64,000 nucleotides of DNA from Gammaproteobacteria bacterium (GCA_046080445.1 JBJTUA010000022.1:13170-77169); one strand, 5' to 3'; shown: positions 44,391-53,366, numbered from the stretch's first letter. The notes: generated from the sequence alone by a model not told the origin. Made by a program: numbers and translations.

Positions 44391-44843
44391 TCAAAGTGAA
44401 AGCGAATCGAGTTCTGTCGACAGATCGGTGGCGGTTTCCTCGCTCTTCACCCAGTAGTCACGACGCTCGTTCCAGCGCGCTTCGTCCCAGAGCTCGAGTC
44501 GGTTCCCCTGACCGATCAACATCGCGTGCCGCGAAAGTCCCGCGTATTCGCGCAACTCCGGCGGCAGCAGCAAACGCCCTTGGGCATCGAGATCGATTTC
44601 GGTCGCATGACCCACCATCAATCGCTGCAATCGGCGCGAGCGCTCTTGCAGCGTGGGCAGGCTCATCAACTTGCGTTCGATTTGTTCCCAGTCGGGCAGC
44701 GGATAAATCAGCAGGCAGGGGTCGCGATCGATCGTGACGACGAGCTGTCCCTCGCTGCGCTCGAGCGCACGTTGCCGCTGCCGGGTGGGTAGAACCATCC
44801 GACCTTTGTCGTCCAACGTGACTTTGCTTGCGCCCCGGAACAT
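44391..44843 (-). CDS. mraZ: transcriptional regulator MraZ
   Basis: 150 aa, MFRGASKVTLDDKGRMVLP..., two SpoVT/AbrB-like halves. First gene of the dcw cluster. Confidence 0.96.
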   Translation of the reverse strand: MFRGASKVTLDDKGRMVLPTRQRQRALERSEGQLVVTIDRDPCLLIYPLPDWEQIERKLMSLPTLQERSRRLQRLMVGHATEIDLDAQGRLLLPPELREYAGLSRHAMLIGQGNRLELWDEARWNERRDYWVKSEETATDLSTELDSLSL

Positions 44844-44864
44844 GACTCATCGGGCGTCGAAACG

Positions 44865-44889
44865 CCCACTCCGCCCCACTTTTCTCCAC
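44865..44889 (-). promoter_or_regulatory. three MraZ-type direct repeats GTGGA-N5-GTGGG-N5-GTGGG (10-bp period)
   Basis: Minus strand reads GTGGAgaaaaGTGGGgcggaGTGGG between the -10 box and the mraZ ATG. Same architecture as the TGGGN x3 MraZ operator described for E. coli Pmra. Confidence 0.7.
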
Positions 44890-44897
44890 TTGGCGCC

Positions 44898-44927
44898 ACT
44901 ATAGGAATCGGCGCGCGGGGGTGTCAA
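44898..44927 (-). promoter_or_regulatory. Pmra-like sigma70 promoter (TTGACA-18 nt-TATAGT)
   Basis: Minus strand has TTGACA at 44927-44922 and TATAGT at 44903-44898, about 55 nt upstream of the mraZ ATG. Confidence 0.65.
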
Positions 44928-45030
44928 CGGGTTGGCGTTAAATTTTTTCCGTAACACCAATAACTTACAGTCGACTGAGCATTTTCGCAACAGTCGATTT
45001 TGGACAAAGTTTTAGGGGTTTCAGAGAGTT

Positions 45031-45052
45031 GCCCGCGAATGCTTACGCGGGC
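45031..45052 (-). terminator. hairpin GCCCGCG-N8-CGCGGGC just 3' of rnpB
   Basis: A 7-bp GC stem read directly, about 10 nt after the predicted rnpB 3' end. It lacks a U-run, so terminator function is tentative. Confidence 0.4.
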
Positions 45053-45061
45053 GCTCAAGAG

Positions 45062-45444
<383 letters not shown>

Positions 45445-45451
45445 GGGGACC

Positions 45452-45480
45452 ACGATACCGCCCGATGCCCATAACCACAA
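45452..45480 (-). promoter_or_regulatory. candidate rnpB promoter (TTGTGG-17 nt-TATCGT, 7 nt before the P1 5' G)
   Basis: Read on the minus strand. The spacing places the predicted TSS at the first base of P1 (45444). Confidence 0.45.
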
Positions 45481-45530
45481 ACGCGCTGTCGCACGATTCC
45501 CCGAAAAGCCCGCCTGACGAGGGCGCCGGA

Positions 45531-46454
45531 TCAGCGGCGCTCGGCTGCCAGCTCGACGGCCCGCGCGTAGGCCTCGTCCCGACTCGAACCGGTCACGGCA
45601 GCGGCGATGGCGGCCGCCTTCGAAGCCGGCAAATGCGCCAAGGCGGCGCGCAGCATGCGCTCCATCAGCGCGCGTCGCTCGAGCGCGGCAGCCGGGTCCT
45701 CATCTTGAGCACTTTTTACCGCCGCACCGGCGATCACGAGCGTGATCTCCCCGAGCTTGAATTCCGCCTCCGCCGCCGCGCGACGGGCAAGCTCGGCGAG
45801 CGTGCCGCGATAAACACTCTCGTGGAGCTTGGTGAGCTCGCGAGCCACGGCAGCTTCGCGATCACCCCCGAAGACCGCCGCACAATCGGCGAGCACTTCC
45901 TCGATGCGATGCGGGGCCTCAAAAAAAACCAGCGTACGCGCCTCGAGTGCCAGCGTTTGCAGCCGCGCTCGCCGCTCACCCGCCTTGGCGGGCAAAAATC
46001 CTTCGAAGCAGAATCGATCGGTCGCGATTCCGGCCACCGAGAGCGCCGCGGCAATGGCCGTTGGGCCGGGAATGGTGCGCACCTCCACCCCGGCCGCCGC
46101 TGCACGCCGCACGAGATCGAAACCCGGATCGGACAGCAGCGGCGTGCCGGCATCGCTCACGAGCGCGACCACCTCGCCCGCCAGCAGCCGCGCCAGCAGC
46201 GTCTCGCCGCGCTCACGCTCATTGTGGGTATGCAGCGAAATCATGGGTTTTTGCAGGCCGAGCGCAGACAGCAGCTGACCACTGCGACGGGTGTCTTCGG
46301 CCGCCACGACGTCAGCCGAGGCGAGTGCCTCGCGCGCCCTCGGCGAGACATCCGCCAAGTTGCCGATCGGGGTTGCTACCACATCGAGACGTCCGCCCGC
46401 CGATCCCCTCACAGCCACTATAATTCCGCTCCCTTGAACACTTCGCGCGGGCAT
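45531..46454 (-). CDS. rsmI: 16S rRNA 2'-O-methyl-C1402 methyltransferase RsmI
   Basis: LDVVATPIGNLADVSPRAREAL...AAEDTR...SDAGTPLLSDPG...GPTA, tetrapyrrole-methylase fold, divergent from lpoA as in E. coli. The start could be 46454 (ATG) or 46481. Confidence 0.93.
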   Translation of the reverse strand: MPARSVQGSGIIVAVRGSAGGRLDVVATPIGNLADVSPRAREALASADVVAAEDTRRSGQLLSALGLQKPMISLHTHNERERGETLLARLLAGEVVALVSDAGTPLLSDPGFDLVRRAAAAGVEVRTIPGPTAIAAALSVAGIATDRFCFEGFLPAKAGERRARLQTLALEARTLVFFEAPHRIEEVLADCAAVFGGDREAAVARELTKLHESVYRGTLAELARRAAAEAEFKLGEITLVIAGAAVKSAQDEDPAAALERRALMERMLRAALAHLPASKAAAIAAAVTGSSRDEAYARAVELAAERR

Positions 46455-46516
46455 CGTGCCCGGCTGTGCTGCGGGATTCAATCGGCGCCGAGCAGAATGC
46501 GCTGGAGCGCGACGTC

Positions 46517-48541
46517 ATGATCACCATCCGACACCTGCCTGCCCTGCTACTGTTGAGCATCGTTTCGCTCCTGCTCGTCGGCTGCAATTCCAACGCGCGC
46601 CCACCGGCCAGTCTCGAACGGGCTGCCGCACTTTCGATGCGTGGAGATCATGCGGCGGCCGCTCGCGAGTACGAAGCGGTTGCCCTGAACGCCCGCGCAC
46701 CCAACCCGCCCGCACTGCTTGCCGCCGCCAAAGAATGGCTGCGCGCGAACGACGCGGCAGCGGCCGAGAGCGCCATTGCCCGCCTGCCTGCGCCGCTGCC
46801 CGCTGATCAGACCGACACTCGAAATCTGCTACTCGCCGAAGCTGCTCTCGTCCGCGGCGACGCGGCGCGCGGCTGGGAGCTGCTCGGCAAGGTTGGAGCT
46901 CCCGTCGGCCCCGCGCGCATCGACGAGTATCACGCCCTGCGTCAGCGGCTCGCCCTCGCCACCAATCGTCCCTTGCAGGCCATACGCAGCCAAGTGGATC
47001 GAGAAACCTCCGCCACCGATGCCGGCGCCACGCTCCGCATGCGACAGGCGTTCCTGCACGAACTGATCGCGGCCGTCGATCGCGGCATCTTGTTCGACCC
47101 ACGCGTGGCGGGTCGCGATACCACCGCACGCGGCTGGATCGAAGCGGCCCCGCTTGCGGCGCGCGCCGCGCGTGCACCTCAGGAATCGAACGCCGGCATC
47201 ACCGCGGCGTGGCGCAAGCGTTACCCCGCTCACCCTGCGGCGGTGGCCCTCGCTCTGCTCGGCGAGTCGTCTGCGGCGGCGGCCAGCGGATCCCCCGCCC
47301 GAGCGACTTCGAACACGGCGCCGAGCAATGCCGCGCAGCCCGCCGCTGCACCGACCACCGCCGCACTGCTGCCGCTTGGCCAAGCGATGCCGCGCGAGGC
47401 CCACGTGGCCGTGCTGCTGCCACTCAGCGGGCGCGGTGGCGCAGCCGGTGCACAAATCCGTGAGGGACTACTAACGGCGTATTTTTCAGAACCACAGGCG
47501 ATGCGCCTGCCACTTCGCTTCTATGACACGGCGCGACAATCCGTGGTCGACGCATTTGCAGCGGCGACTCAAGGCGGCGCCGTGTCGATCATCGGCCCGC
47601 TTGCTCGCGAAGAAGTCATTGCTGCGGCCACGAGCGCGGGCTTACCGGGCGTGGGCACAGCGGGCGTGGGCATAGCGGGCGTGGGCATAGCGGGCGTGGG
47701 TGCGCCGGGTGCCGGCGCTTCGAGCACGCCGTCCGTCATCGCCCTCAATGCCCTGCCGGCAGGGGTGACGGCGCCGGCCAACTTCCGTCAGTTCGCGTTG
47801 TCTCCCGAGGACGAAGCTCGCGCCGTCGCGCGGCACGCCCTCGCCGACGGTCGACGCCGCGCCATCGCGCTCATTCCTGCGGGCGATTGGGGTGCGCGTG
47901 TTTTGCAGGCATTCCGCGAAGAACTCGAAGCCGGCGGCGGCGTGTTGCTCGGCACCGAGACACTCGCGGGGCGAGAGCTGGGCACGACCGCGCAGTCGTT
48001 GCTGCGCCTCGATTCGAGCATCGCGCGTCATCGACGCCTGCAGGCCACGCTCGACACGCCACTCGCATTCCAGCCGCGGCGCCGCGCCGATGTCGACTTC
48101 ATCTTCATGCCCGGAACCGCCGCTACGCTACGCCAATGGCGGCCGCAGCTTCGCTTTCAGGGGGCGGGCGATATTCCGGCGTACGCCACGTCGGATGCCT
48201 TCGACGGTCGCGCGGGCGACGAACTGCAAGGGCTCATCTTTCCCGACATCGACTGGATGATCGCGCCACAAGCGCCGAGCGTCGTCGCGCTACGCGCTGC
48301 AACCGAGGGTGCACTCGATGAGGCCGCAAATCGCAGCCGACTGTTTGCCTTGGGCCATGATGCCTGGCTGCTCAGTACCGCCCTGCACACCGGACGACCT
48401 CCGTCGTCGGCTGCGCCACTGGCAGGCGCCGTCGGCGCGCTCTTCATCGACGAGCAAGGGCGCGTGAACCGCAGCCTACGGTTTGCGCAGATCGACGACG
48501 GTCAGCTCAAACTCCTCGACCCGCCCGATGGCGGTGGCTGA
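46517..48541 (+). CDS. lpoA: penicillin-binding protein activator LpoA (lipoprotein)
   Basis: From ATG 46517 the sequence is MITIRHLPALLLLSIVSLLLVGCNS (lipobox). It has an N-terminal TPR-like domain and a C-terminal periplasmic-binding-like domain. The rsmI/lpoA-yraN synteny matches. Confidence 0.88.
   Translation: MITIRHLPALLLLSIVSLLLVGCNSNARPPASLERAAALSMRGDHAAAAREYEAVALNARAPNPPALLAAAKEWLRANDAAAAESAIARLPAPLPADQTDTRNLLLAEAALVRGDAARGWELLGKVGAPVGPARIDEYHALRQRLALATNRPLQAIRSQVDRETSATDAGATLRMRQAFLHELIAAVDRGILFDPRVAGRDTTARGWIEAAPLAARAARAPQESNAGITAAWRKRYPAHPAAVALALLGESSAAAASGSPARATSNTAPSNAAQPAAAPTTAALLPLGQAMPREAHVAVLLPLSGRGGAAGAQIREGLLTAYFSEPQAMRLPLRFYDTARQSVVDAFAAATQGGAVSIIGPLAREEVIAAATSAGLPGVGTAGVGIAGVGIAGVGAPGAGASSTPSVIALNALPAGVTAPANFRQFALSPEDEARAVARHALADGRRRAIALIPAGDWGARVLQAFREELEAGGGVLLGTETLAGRELGTTAQSLLRLDSSIARHRRLQATLDTPLAFQPRRRADVDFIFMPGTAATLRQWRPQLRFQGAGDIPAYATSDAFDGRAGDELQGLIFPDIDWMIAPQAPSVVALRAATEGALDEAANRSRLFALGHDAWLLSTALHTGRPPSSAAPLAGAVGALFIDEQGRVNRSLRFAQIDDGQLKLLDPPDGGG
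47646..47705 (+). repeat. in-frame 4 x 15-bp tandem repeat cgggcgtgggcaNag inside lpoA (codes GVG(T/I)A units)
   Basis: Units at 47646, 47661 and 47676 (the last two identical) plus a degenerate fourth at 47691. The protein reads GLPGVGTAGVGIAGVGIAGVGAPGAG. Confidence 0.9.
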
Positions 48542-48935
48542 GCGCGCACTCCCGCGACATCTCGCCCTCGGTCGTGACGCCGAGGCACTCGCTGCGCAGC
48601 ACCTTTTGGCCGCCGGCGCGGAAATCCTCCTGCAAAATTATCGGCGCCGCCGCGGCGAACTCGACATCGTGGCCTTGCATCGCGGCGTTCTGCTCGTCGT
48701 GGAGGTACGACTACGCTCCTCGGACACCTACGGCGACGGCGCAGCGAGCATCGATCGACACAAACAACGAAAAATCATCGCCGCCGCACAGCAACTGCTG
48801 CAGCAACGGCGTGATCTGGCGCGCTACCCGGTGCGGTTCGATGTGATTTCTTTGTCGCGCGAGCCCGCGCAGCCGGCGAAGTCTGCGGCTTGGCGCCTCG
48901 AGTGGGTGAAGCACGCTTTCGAATCGAGTCGCTGA
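48528..48935 (+). CDS. yraN: YraN-family (UPF0102) endonuclease-like protein
   Basis: From ATG 48528 the sequence is MAVAERALPRHLALGRDAEALAAQHLLAAGAEILLQNYRRRRGELDIVA...VVEVR...FDVIS. It overlaps the lpoA 3' end and follows lpoA as in E. coli. Confidence 0.88.
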   Translation: MAVAERALPRHLALGRDAEALAAQHLLAAGAEILLQNYRRRRGELDIVALHRGVLLVVEVRLRSSDTYGDGAASIDRHKQRKIIAAAQQLLQQRRDLARYPVRFDVISLSREPAQPAKSAAWRLEWVKHAFESSR

Positions 48936-48949
48936 GCGCGCGACGCTCC

Positions 48950-48983
48950 AGTCAAAGATTGACTAGTCAAAGATTTATTTGAC
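48950..48983. terminator. two adjacent AT-rich palindromes / 11-bp direct repeat AGTCAAAGATT x2 between convergent yraN and sspB
   Basis: AGTCAA-aga-TTGACT (48950-48964) and GTCAAA-gattta-TTTGAC (48966-48983). The stems are short (6 bp), so terminator function is tentative. Confidence 0.3.
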
Positions 48984-49415
48984 GATCTTGAGCGACGGTC
49001 GCTTGCCGCCTGAAGGCGCAACGGGCGGCGCACCCCGATCCGGCACCGGACCCTCGGGCGGTGGCTCGATCGGCGTCGTCGGTGGCGGATCGTCCTCGCC
49101 CTCCGGGAACATCAGCCCCTCACCGGTCTCGCGCGCATAGATGCCCTGCACGACCACCGCCGGAAAACGCAGCAGTCGCGGCACGCCAGAGAACCGAGCC
49201 TCGAAGCTGATCCACTCGTCGCCGATGTCGAGGTGACGCGTCGCGTCGTAGCTCACGTTGAGCACGATGCGCCCTTCACGCACGTGTGCCACGGGCACCT
49301 CGACGCCGGGCGCGGTCGCATCGACCATGAGGTGCGGCGTAAGGCCGCTATCGGTCATCCATTGGTGCATCGCCCGCAGCAGATACGGGCGACGAGGTTT
49401 GCGAGATCCGGTCAC
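48975..49415 (-). CDS. sspB: ClpXP adaptor / stringent starvation protein B
   Basis: 146 aa, RPYLLRAMHQWMTDSGLTPHLMVDA...VPVAHVREGRIVLNVS...ARFSGV...IYARETGEG, with the C-terminal ClpX-binding tail ...RPSLKIVK. Confidence 0.93.
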   Translation of the reverse strand: MTGSRKPRRPYLLRAMHQWMTDSGLTPHLMVDATAPGVEVPVAHVREGRIVLNVSYDATRHLDIGDEWISFEARFSGVPRLLRFPAVVVQGIYARETGEGLMFPEGEDDPPPTTPIEPPPEGPVPDRGAPPVAPSGGKRPSLKIVK

Positions 49416-49434
49416 GGGCCGCCGGATCCGCGCC

Positions 49435-50208
49435 CTACTTCACTTCTTTCCAATATTCCTGCTTGAGAAGGTAGGCGAGACCGGTGAAGACGAGCAGGAA
49501 CAGAATGACCCAAATACCGAGCGACTGGCGCTTGGCCTTCACGGGCTCACCGACGTACTCGAGGAAGTTGATCGTGTCACGAACGAACGCGTCGTATTCC
49601 TCGGGCGACAACTGCCCGGGCGATGCGAGCTCGAACGTTTCCCAGTGCTGCTCGGAGACGGTCTCGCCGTTGACGGTCTTCTCGACCGTCTTGAACTTCG
49701 CTTCCTGAACACCCTGGAAGGTCGACAACACATGCGGCATCGCCGTGTTGGGCAGCGCGAGATTGTTGGTGCCGTTTGCTGATTTCGGATCGACGTAGAA
49801 CGTCTTCAGGAACTGATAGACGTGATCCGATCCTTTTGAACGGGTGATGAGCGACAGATCAGGCGGGGCCTTGCCGAACCACGCCTCGCCATCGGCTTTG
49901 GTCATCGGCGCCGTGATGTAGTCGCCCTTCTTCGTACCCGGCAGCAGCAGGAGTTTTTCCATCTGCTCTTCTGGGATGTTGAGGTCTTTGGCCACACGCG
50001 AATAACGCGCGTACTTGAGCGAGTGGCAACCCGAGCAATAGCCCATGAAGTTTGCGGAACCGCGCTGCAGCGAGGCGATGTTGCCCACGTCGTTGCCGGG
50101 CTTCCAATCCATCCAAGCCGCATGCGGACCGGTCGACGCGGCAAACACCGAAGGGCCAGCGAAAACGAGGGCGAGGCCGAGCGTCGCGGCTACGAAAGAC
50201 TTACGCAT
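49435..50208 (-). CDS. petC: cytochrome c1 (bc1 complex)
   Basis: From ATG 50208 the sequence is MRKSFVAATLGLALVFAGPSVFA (signal). It has the heme motif CSGCHS and a C-terminal TM anchor (IWVILFLLVFTGLAYLL). Confidence 0.94.
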   Translation of the reverse strand: MRKSFVAATLGLALVFAGPSVFAASTGPHAAWMDWKPGNDVGNIASLQRGSANFMGYCSGCHSLKYARYSRVAKDLNIPEEQMEKLLLLPGTKKGDYITAPMTKADGEAWFGKAPPDLSLITRSKGSDHVYQFLKTFYVDPKSANGTNNLALPNTAMPHVLSTFQGVQEAKFKTVEKTVNGETVSEQHWETFELASPGQLSPEEYDAFVRDTINFLEYVGEPVKAKRQSLGIWVILFLLVFTGLAYLLKQEYWKEVK

Positions 50209-51445
50209 GGTACGTGACCCTCTCAGGAGCGGGTTTGCACTTCTCGATGCGCGTGTACCAAGGCATGAGAAGGAAGAACGCAAAGTAAACGGCAGTGAAC
50301 ACGCGGGCGAGGATCACGTAGAGATCGTTCGCAGGCTGCAGACCGAGGTAGCTGAGGACCGCGAAGGCCACCACGAACAGCGTGAGCGCAATCTTCGAGA
50401 GCCAACCCTTGTAGCGAATCGACTTCACAGGTGAGCGATCGAGCCACGGCAAGAAGAACAACACCACAATGGCGAGCAGCATGAGCAATGCGCCCAATTG
50501 CTGATCGGGAACGGCACGCAACATGGCGTAGAACGCCGTGAAGTACCACACCGGTGCGATGTGCTCCGGCGTCGACAGTTCGTTGGCCGGTTCGAAGTTC
50601 GGCTTCTCGAGGAAGAGGCCGCCGAAGGTCGGCGCAAAGAAAATGACGCCGCAGAAGAAGATCAGGAACACGCCGACACCGACGATATCTTTGACGGTGT
50701 AGTACGGGTGGAACGGAATGCCGTCGAGCGGCTTGCCGTTGGCGCCGATCTTTTCCTTGATTTCGATGCCATCGGGGTTGTTCGAACCCGTCTGTCGCAA
50801 CGCGACGAGATGCATGAGCACCAGGAACGCGATGGCGAACGGCACCGCGATGACGTGCAGCGCAAAGAAACGGTTCAGCGTCGAGTCGGCAATGCCGTAG
50901 TCGCCCCGAATCCATTCGACGACACCCGGCCCGATGACCGGGATGGTGCCGAAGAGGTTCACGATGACCTGCGCGCCCCAATACGACATGTTGCCCCACG
51001 GCAGCACGTAGCCCATGAACGCCTCGGCCATGAGCGCGAGGTAGAGCAGCATGCCGAGAATCCACAGCAGCTCGCGCGGTGCGCGGTACGAGCCGTAGAT
51101 CATGGCGCGGAACATGTGCAGGTAGACCACGATGAAGAAGAACGACGCACCGGTCGAATGCATGTAGCGAATGAGCCAGCCCCATTCGACTTCGCGCATG
51201 ATGTACTCGACCGAATCGAAGGCCGCGGCCTCGCTCGGCTTGTAATGCATCGTCAGGAAGATGCCCGTCAAAATCTGCAGCACGAACACGAGCAGCGCAA
51301 GCGACCCGAAGAAGTACCAGATGTTGAAGTTCTTCGGCGCGAAATAGCCGATGAGCTGGGAGTCGACGAACTCATCGACCGGAAGGCGCTTGTTGAGCCA
51401 GGCGCGGAAGCCGGTCTTGCCGGCGGTGTCAGACGAGGCGGCCAT
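50201..51445 (-). CDS. petB: cytochrome b (bc1 complex)
   Basis: From ATG 51445 the sequence is MAASSDTAGKTGFRAWLNKRLPVDEF...NIWYFFGSLAL...RYMHSTGASFFF...PEWYF-like PVWYFT. Confidence 0.96.
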   Translation of the reverse strand: MAASSDTAGKTGFRAWLNKRLPVDEFVDSQLIGYFAPKNFNIWYFFGSLALLVFVLQILTGIFLTMHYKPSEAAAFDSVEYIMREVEWGWLIRYMHSTGASFFFIVVYLHMFRAMIYGSYRAPRELLWILGMLLYLALMAEAFMGYVLPWGNMSYWGAQVIVNLFGTIPVIGPGVVEWIRGDYGIADSTLNRFFALHVIAVPFAIAFLVLMHLVALRQTGSNNPDGIEIKEKIGANGKPLDGIPFHPYYTVKDIVGVGVFLIFFCGVIFFAPTFGGLFLEKPNFEPANELSTPEHIAPVWYFTAFYAMLRAVPDQQLGALLMLLAIVVLFFLPWLDRSPVKSIRYKGWLSKIALTLFVVAFAVLSYLGLQPANDLYVILARVFTAVYFAFFLLMPWYTRIEKCKPAPERVTYHA

Positions 51446-52059
51446 CAGGCAGCTCCTTGTACGGCATCGACGCCGATGACGAGCAGGGAATCGGACTCGA
51501 ACTTGTGCGGCGGTACGCGCAGGTTGGCCGAGGCCGGCGAACCATTGAACACCCGACCCGCGAGGTCGAACCGCGATCCATGACACGGGCAGAAGAAACC
51601 ACCCGGCCAGTCAGCGCCCATCGCCGGATCGGCGACGGTGAAGAATTGCTTCGGCAAGCAACCGAGATGGGTGCAGGCCGCGTAGAGCACGAGCACCTCG
51701 GGCTTGAGCGAACGGATCTCGTTCTTGGCGTAGGTCGGCTGATCCGAGGACTCGGACTTGGGATCTTTGAGGTTCGCATCGTGACCGCCGAGCTTCGCCA
51801 ACGCTTCCGGCGTACGGCGCACGACGTAGATGGGCTGTTTACGCCAACTCTGGGTGATCATCTGACCCGGCTCGAGCTTCGAGACGTCGATCTCGAGCGG
51901 GGCGCCGAGCGCTCGGGCGCGTTCGGACGGCTTCCAGGAGGAGATGAATGGGACCAGCGTGAATGCGACGCCTACTGCGCCCGTCGCTGCCGTCGCCACC
52001 GTCAGGAACTTCCGCCGATTGACGTCGATGTCGTCGGCAGTCACCTTCTCGTCACTCAT
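51445..52059 (-). CDS. petA: ubiquinol-cytochrome c reductase Rieske iron-sulfur subunit
   Basis: From ATG 52059 the sequence is MSDEKVTADDIDVNRRKFLTVATAATGAVG (Tat-like RRKFL). It has the Rieske boxes CTHLGC and CPCHGS. Confidence 0.95.
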   Translation of the reverse strand: MSDEKVTADDIDVNRRKFLTVATAATGAVGVAFTLVPFISSWKPSERARALGAPLEIDVSKLEPGQMITQSWRKQPIYVVRRTPEALAKLGGHDANLKDPKSESSDQPTYAKNEIRSLKPEVLVLYAACTHLGCLPKQFFTVADPAMGADWPGGFFCPCHGSRFDLAGRVFNGSPASANLRVPPHKFESDSLLVIGVDAVQGAA

Positions 52060-52145
52060 GCCGCTATCCGTATTGCGTGAAAGCGCGGCATTATACACGC
52101 GAGATGTCGGTCAGGGCGTCGCCGCCCGGGGGTTGGGCAGTCGCG

Positions 52146-53366
52146 ATGAGCGGTTGGCAAAAGGCAGCGATTTTCGTCAGCGGGTCAGTCATCGGGGGCC
52201 TCGCGCTCGCATTTTTGGGCGTGATCGGCCTGTACGTCTGGCGCCCCGAGCTCGTGGCGCAATGGACTACTGGCCACCCGGAATCGTCGGTCGCGTCACC
52301 GCCTCGGGCTGAGACGGCGCCCGCCGATGTAAACGACGGCGCGCCTCAGCCGGCACTGCCCGCTCCGCCCGTGAGCCGTGACGCCGCGGCCAGCTATTCG
52401 GCAGCCGTGCGGATCGCCGCCCCCGCCGTGGTGAACTTGTATGTGACGCGGGTGGCGACGGAACCGGTGCTGCGGAGTTTCCTCGACGACCCCTTCGGCG
52501 AATTTGCACCGCGCTATCGTCGCCGGGTCGAACAGTCGCTTGGCTCGGGCGTCATCCTCGACCCCTCCGGCCAAATCATCACCAATCACCACGTCATCGA
52601 CGATGCGGCGACGATCCGCGTGCAGCTCGCCGATGGCCGCTCGGCTGAGGCGGAAATCGTCGGTCGCGATCCGGACACCGATCTGGCGGTCGTCAAAATC
52701 GATTTGCCGAATCTGCCAAGTATCCGCCTCGGTCGCTCCGACACGCTGAGCGTCGGCGACGTGGTGCTCGCCATCGGCAATCCGATCGGACTGTCGCAAA
52801 CCGTTACGCAAGGTATCGTGAGCGCGACGGGACGCGATCAACTCGGTATCGCCACCTTCGAGAATTTCATCCAGACCGATGCGCCGATCAATCCGGGAAA
52901 CTCCGGTGGCGCGCTCGTGAACACGCGCGGCGAACTCGTCGGCGTCAACACCGCCATCATCGCCAAGAGTCTCGGCGTCGAGGGTATCGGCTTCGCCATC
53001 CCGGTCAATCTCGTTCGCGGTGTCGTCAATGAAATTGTCACGCGCGGAAAAGTGCTGCGGGGTTGGATCGGTATCGGCACCGAGACCATCGACGAAGCCC
53101 GTGCGCGCAGCGCAGGCTTCGACGGTCCGATCGTGCGCGTGACGCGGATCGCTGGCGGCAGCCCCGCTCAGCGCGCCGGCTTGCTGCCGGGAGACATCAT
53201 CGTGGGAATCGAAGACAAAGCGCCGCGCAACTCGCGCGAAGTCCAGCTGCGCATCGCCGATACGTCACCGGGGCAAACGATCTCGGTCGAAGTTCAGCGT
53301 GGCGGCCAACGCGGCAAAACCAGCATCCGCGTGGAAGAAGCGCCGCAGCAAGTTCGACCCCGCTGA
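52146..53366 (+). CDS. DegS/AlgW-type membrane-anchored S1C serine protease with one PDZ domain
   Basis: N-terminal TM (AAIFVSGSVIGGLALAFLGVIGLYVW), the trypsin-like catalytic blocks (ITNHHVI, DLAVVKI, GNSGGALV), and a single C-terminal PDZ. The start (52146, 52104 or 52077) is uncertain. Confidence 0.88.
   Translation: MSGWQKAAIFVSGSVIGGLALAFLGVIGLYVWRPELVAQWTTGHPESSVASPPRAETAPADVNDGAPQPALPAPPVSRDAAASYSAAVRIAAPAVVNLYVTRVATEPVLRSFLDDPFGEFAPRYRRRVEQSLGSGVILDPSGQIITNHHVIDDAATIRVQLADGRSAEAEIVGRDPDTDLAVVKIDLPNLPSIRLGRSDTLSVGDVVLAIGNPIGLSQTVTQGIVSATGRDQLGIATFENFIQTDAPINPGNSGGALVNTRGELVGVNTAIIAKSLGVEGIGFAIPVNLVRGVVNEIVTRGKVLRGWIGIGTETIDEARARSAGFDGPIVRVTRIAGGSPAQRAGLLPGDIIVGIEDKAPRNSREVQLRIADTSPGQTISVEVQRGGQRGKTSIRVEEAPQQVRPR

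Noticed and set aside
47646-47705. Tandem repeats here and at 1016-1075 as a CRISPR array or minisatellite
   Set aside because: The units are 15 bp, contiguous without spacers, in frame inside lpoA and the FmdB gene, and no cas genes are present. They are coding-sequence duplications.
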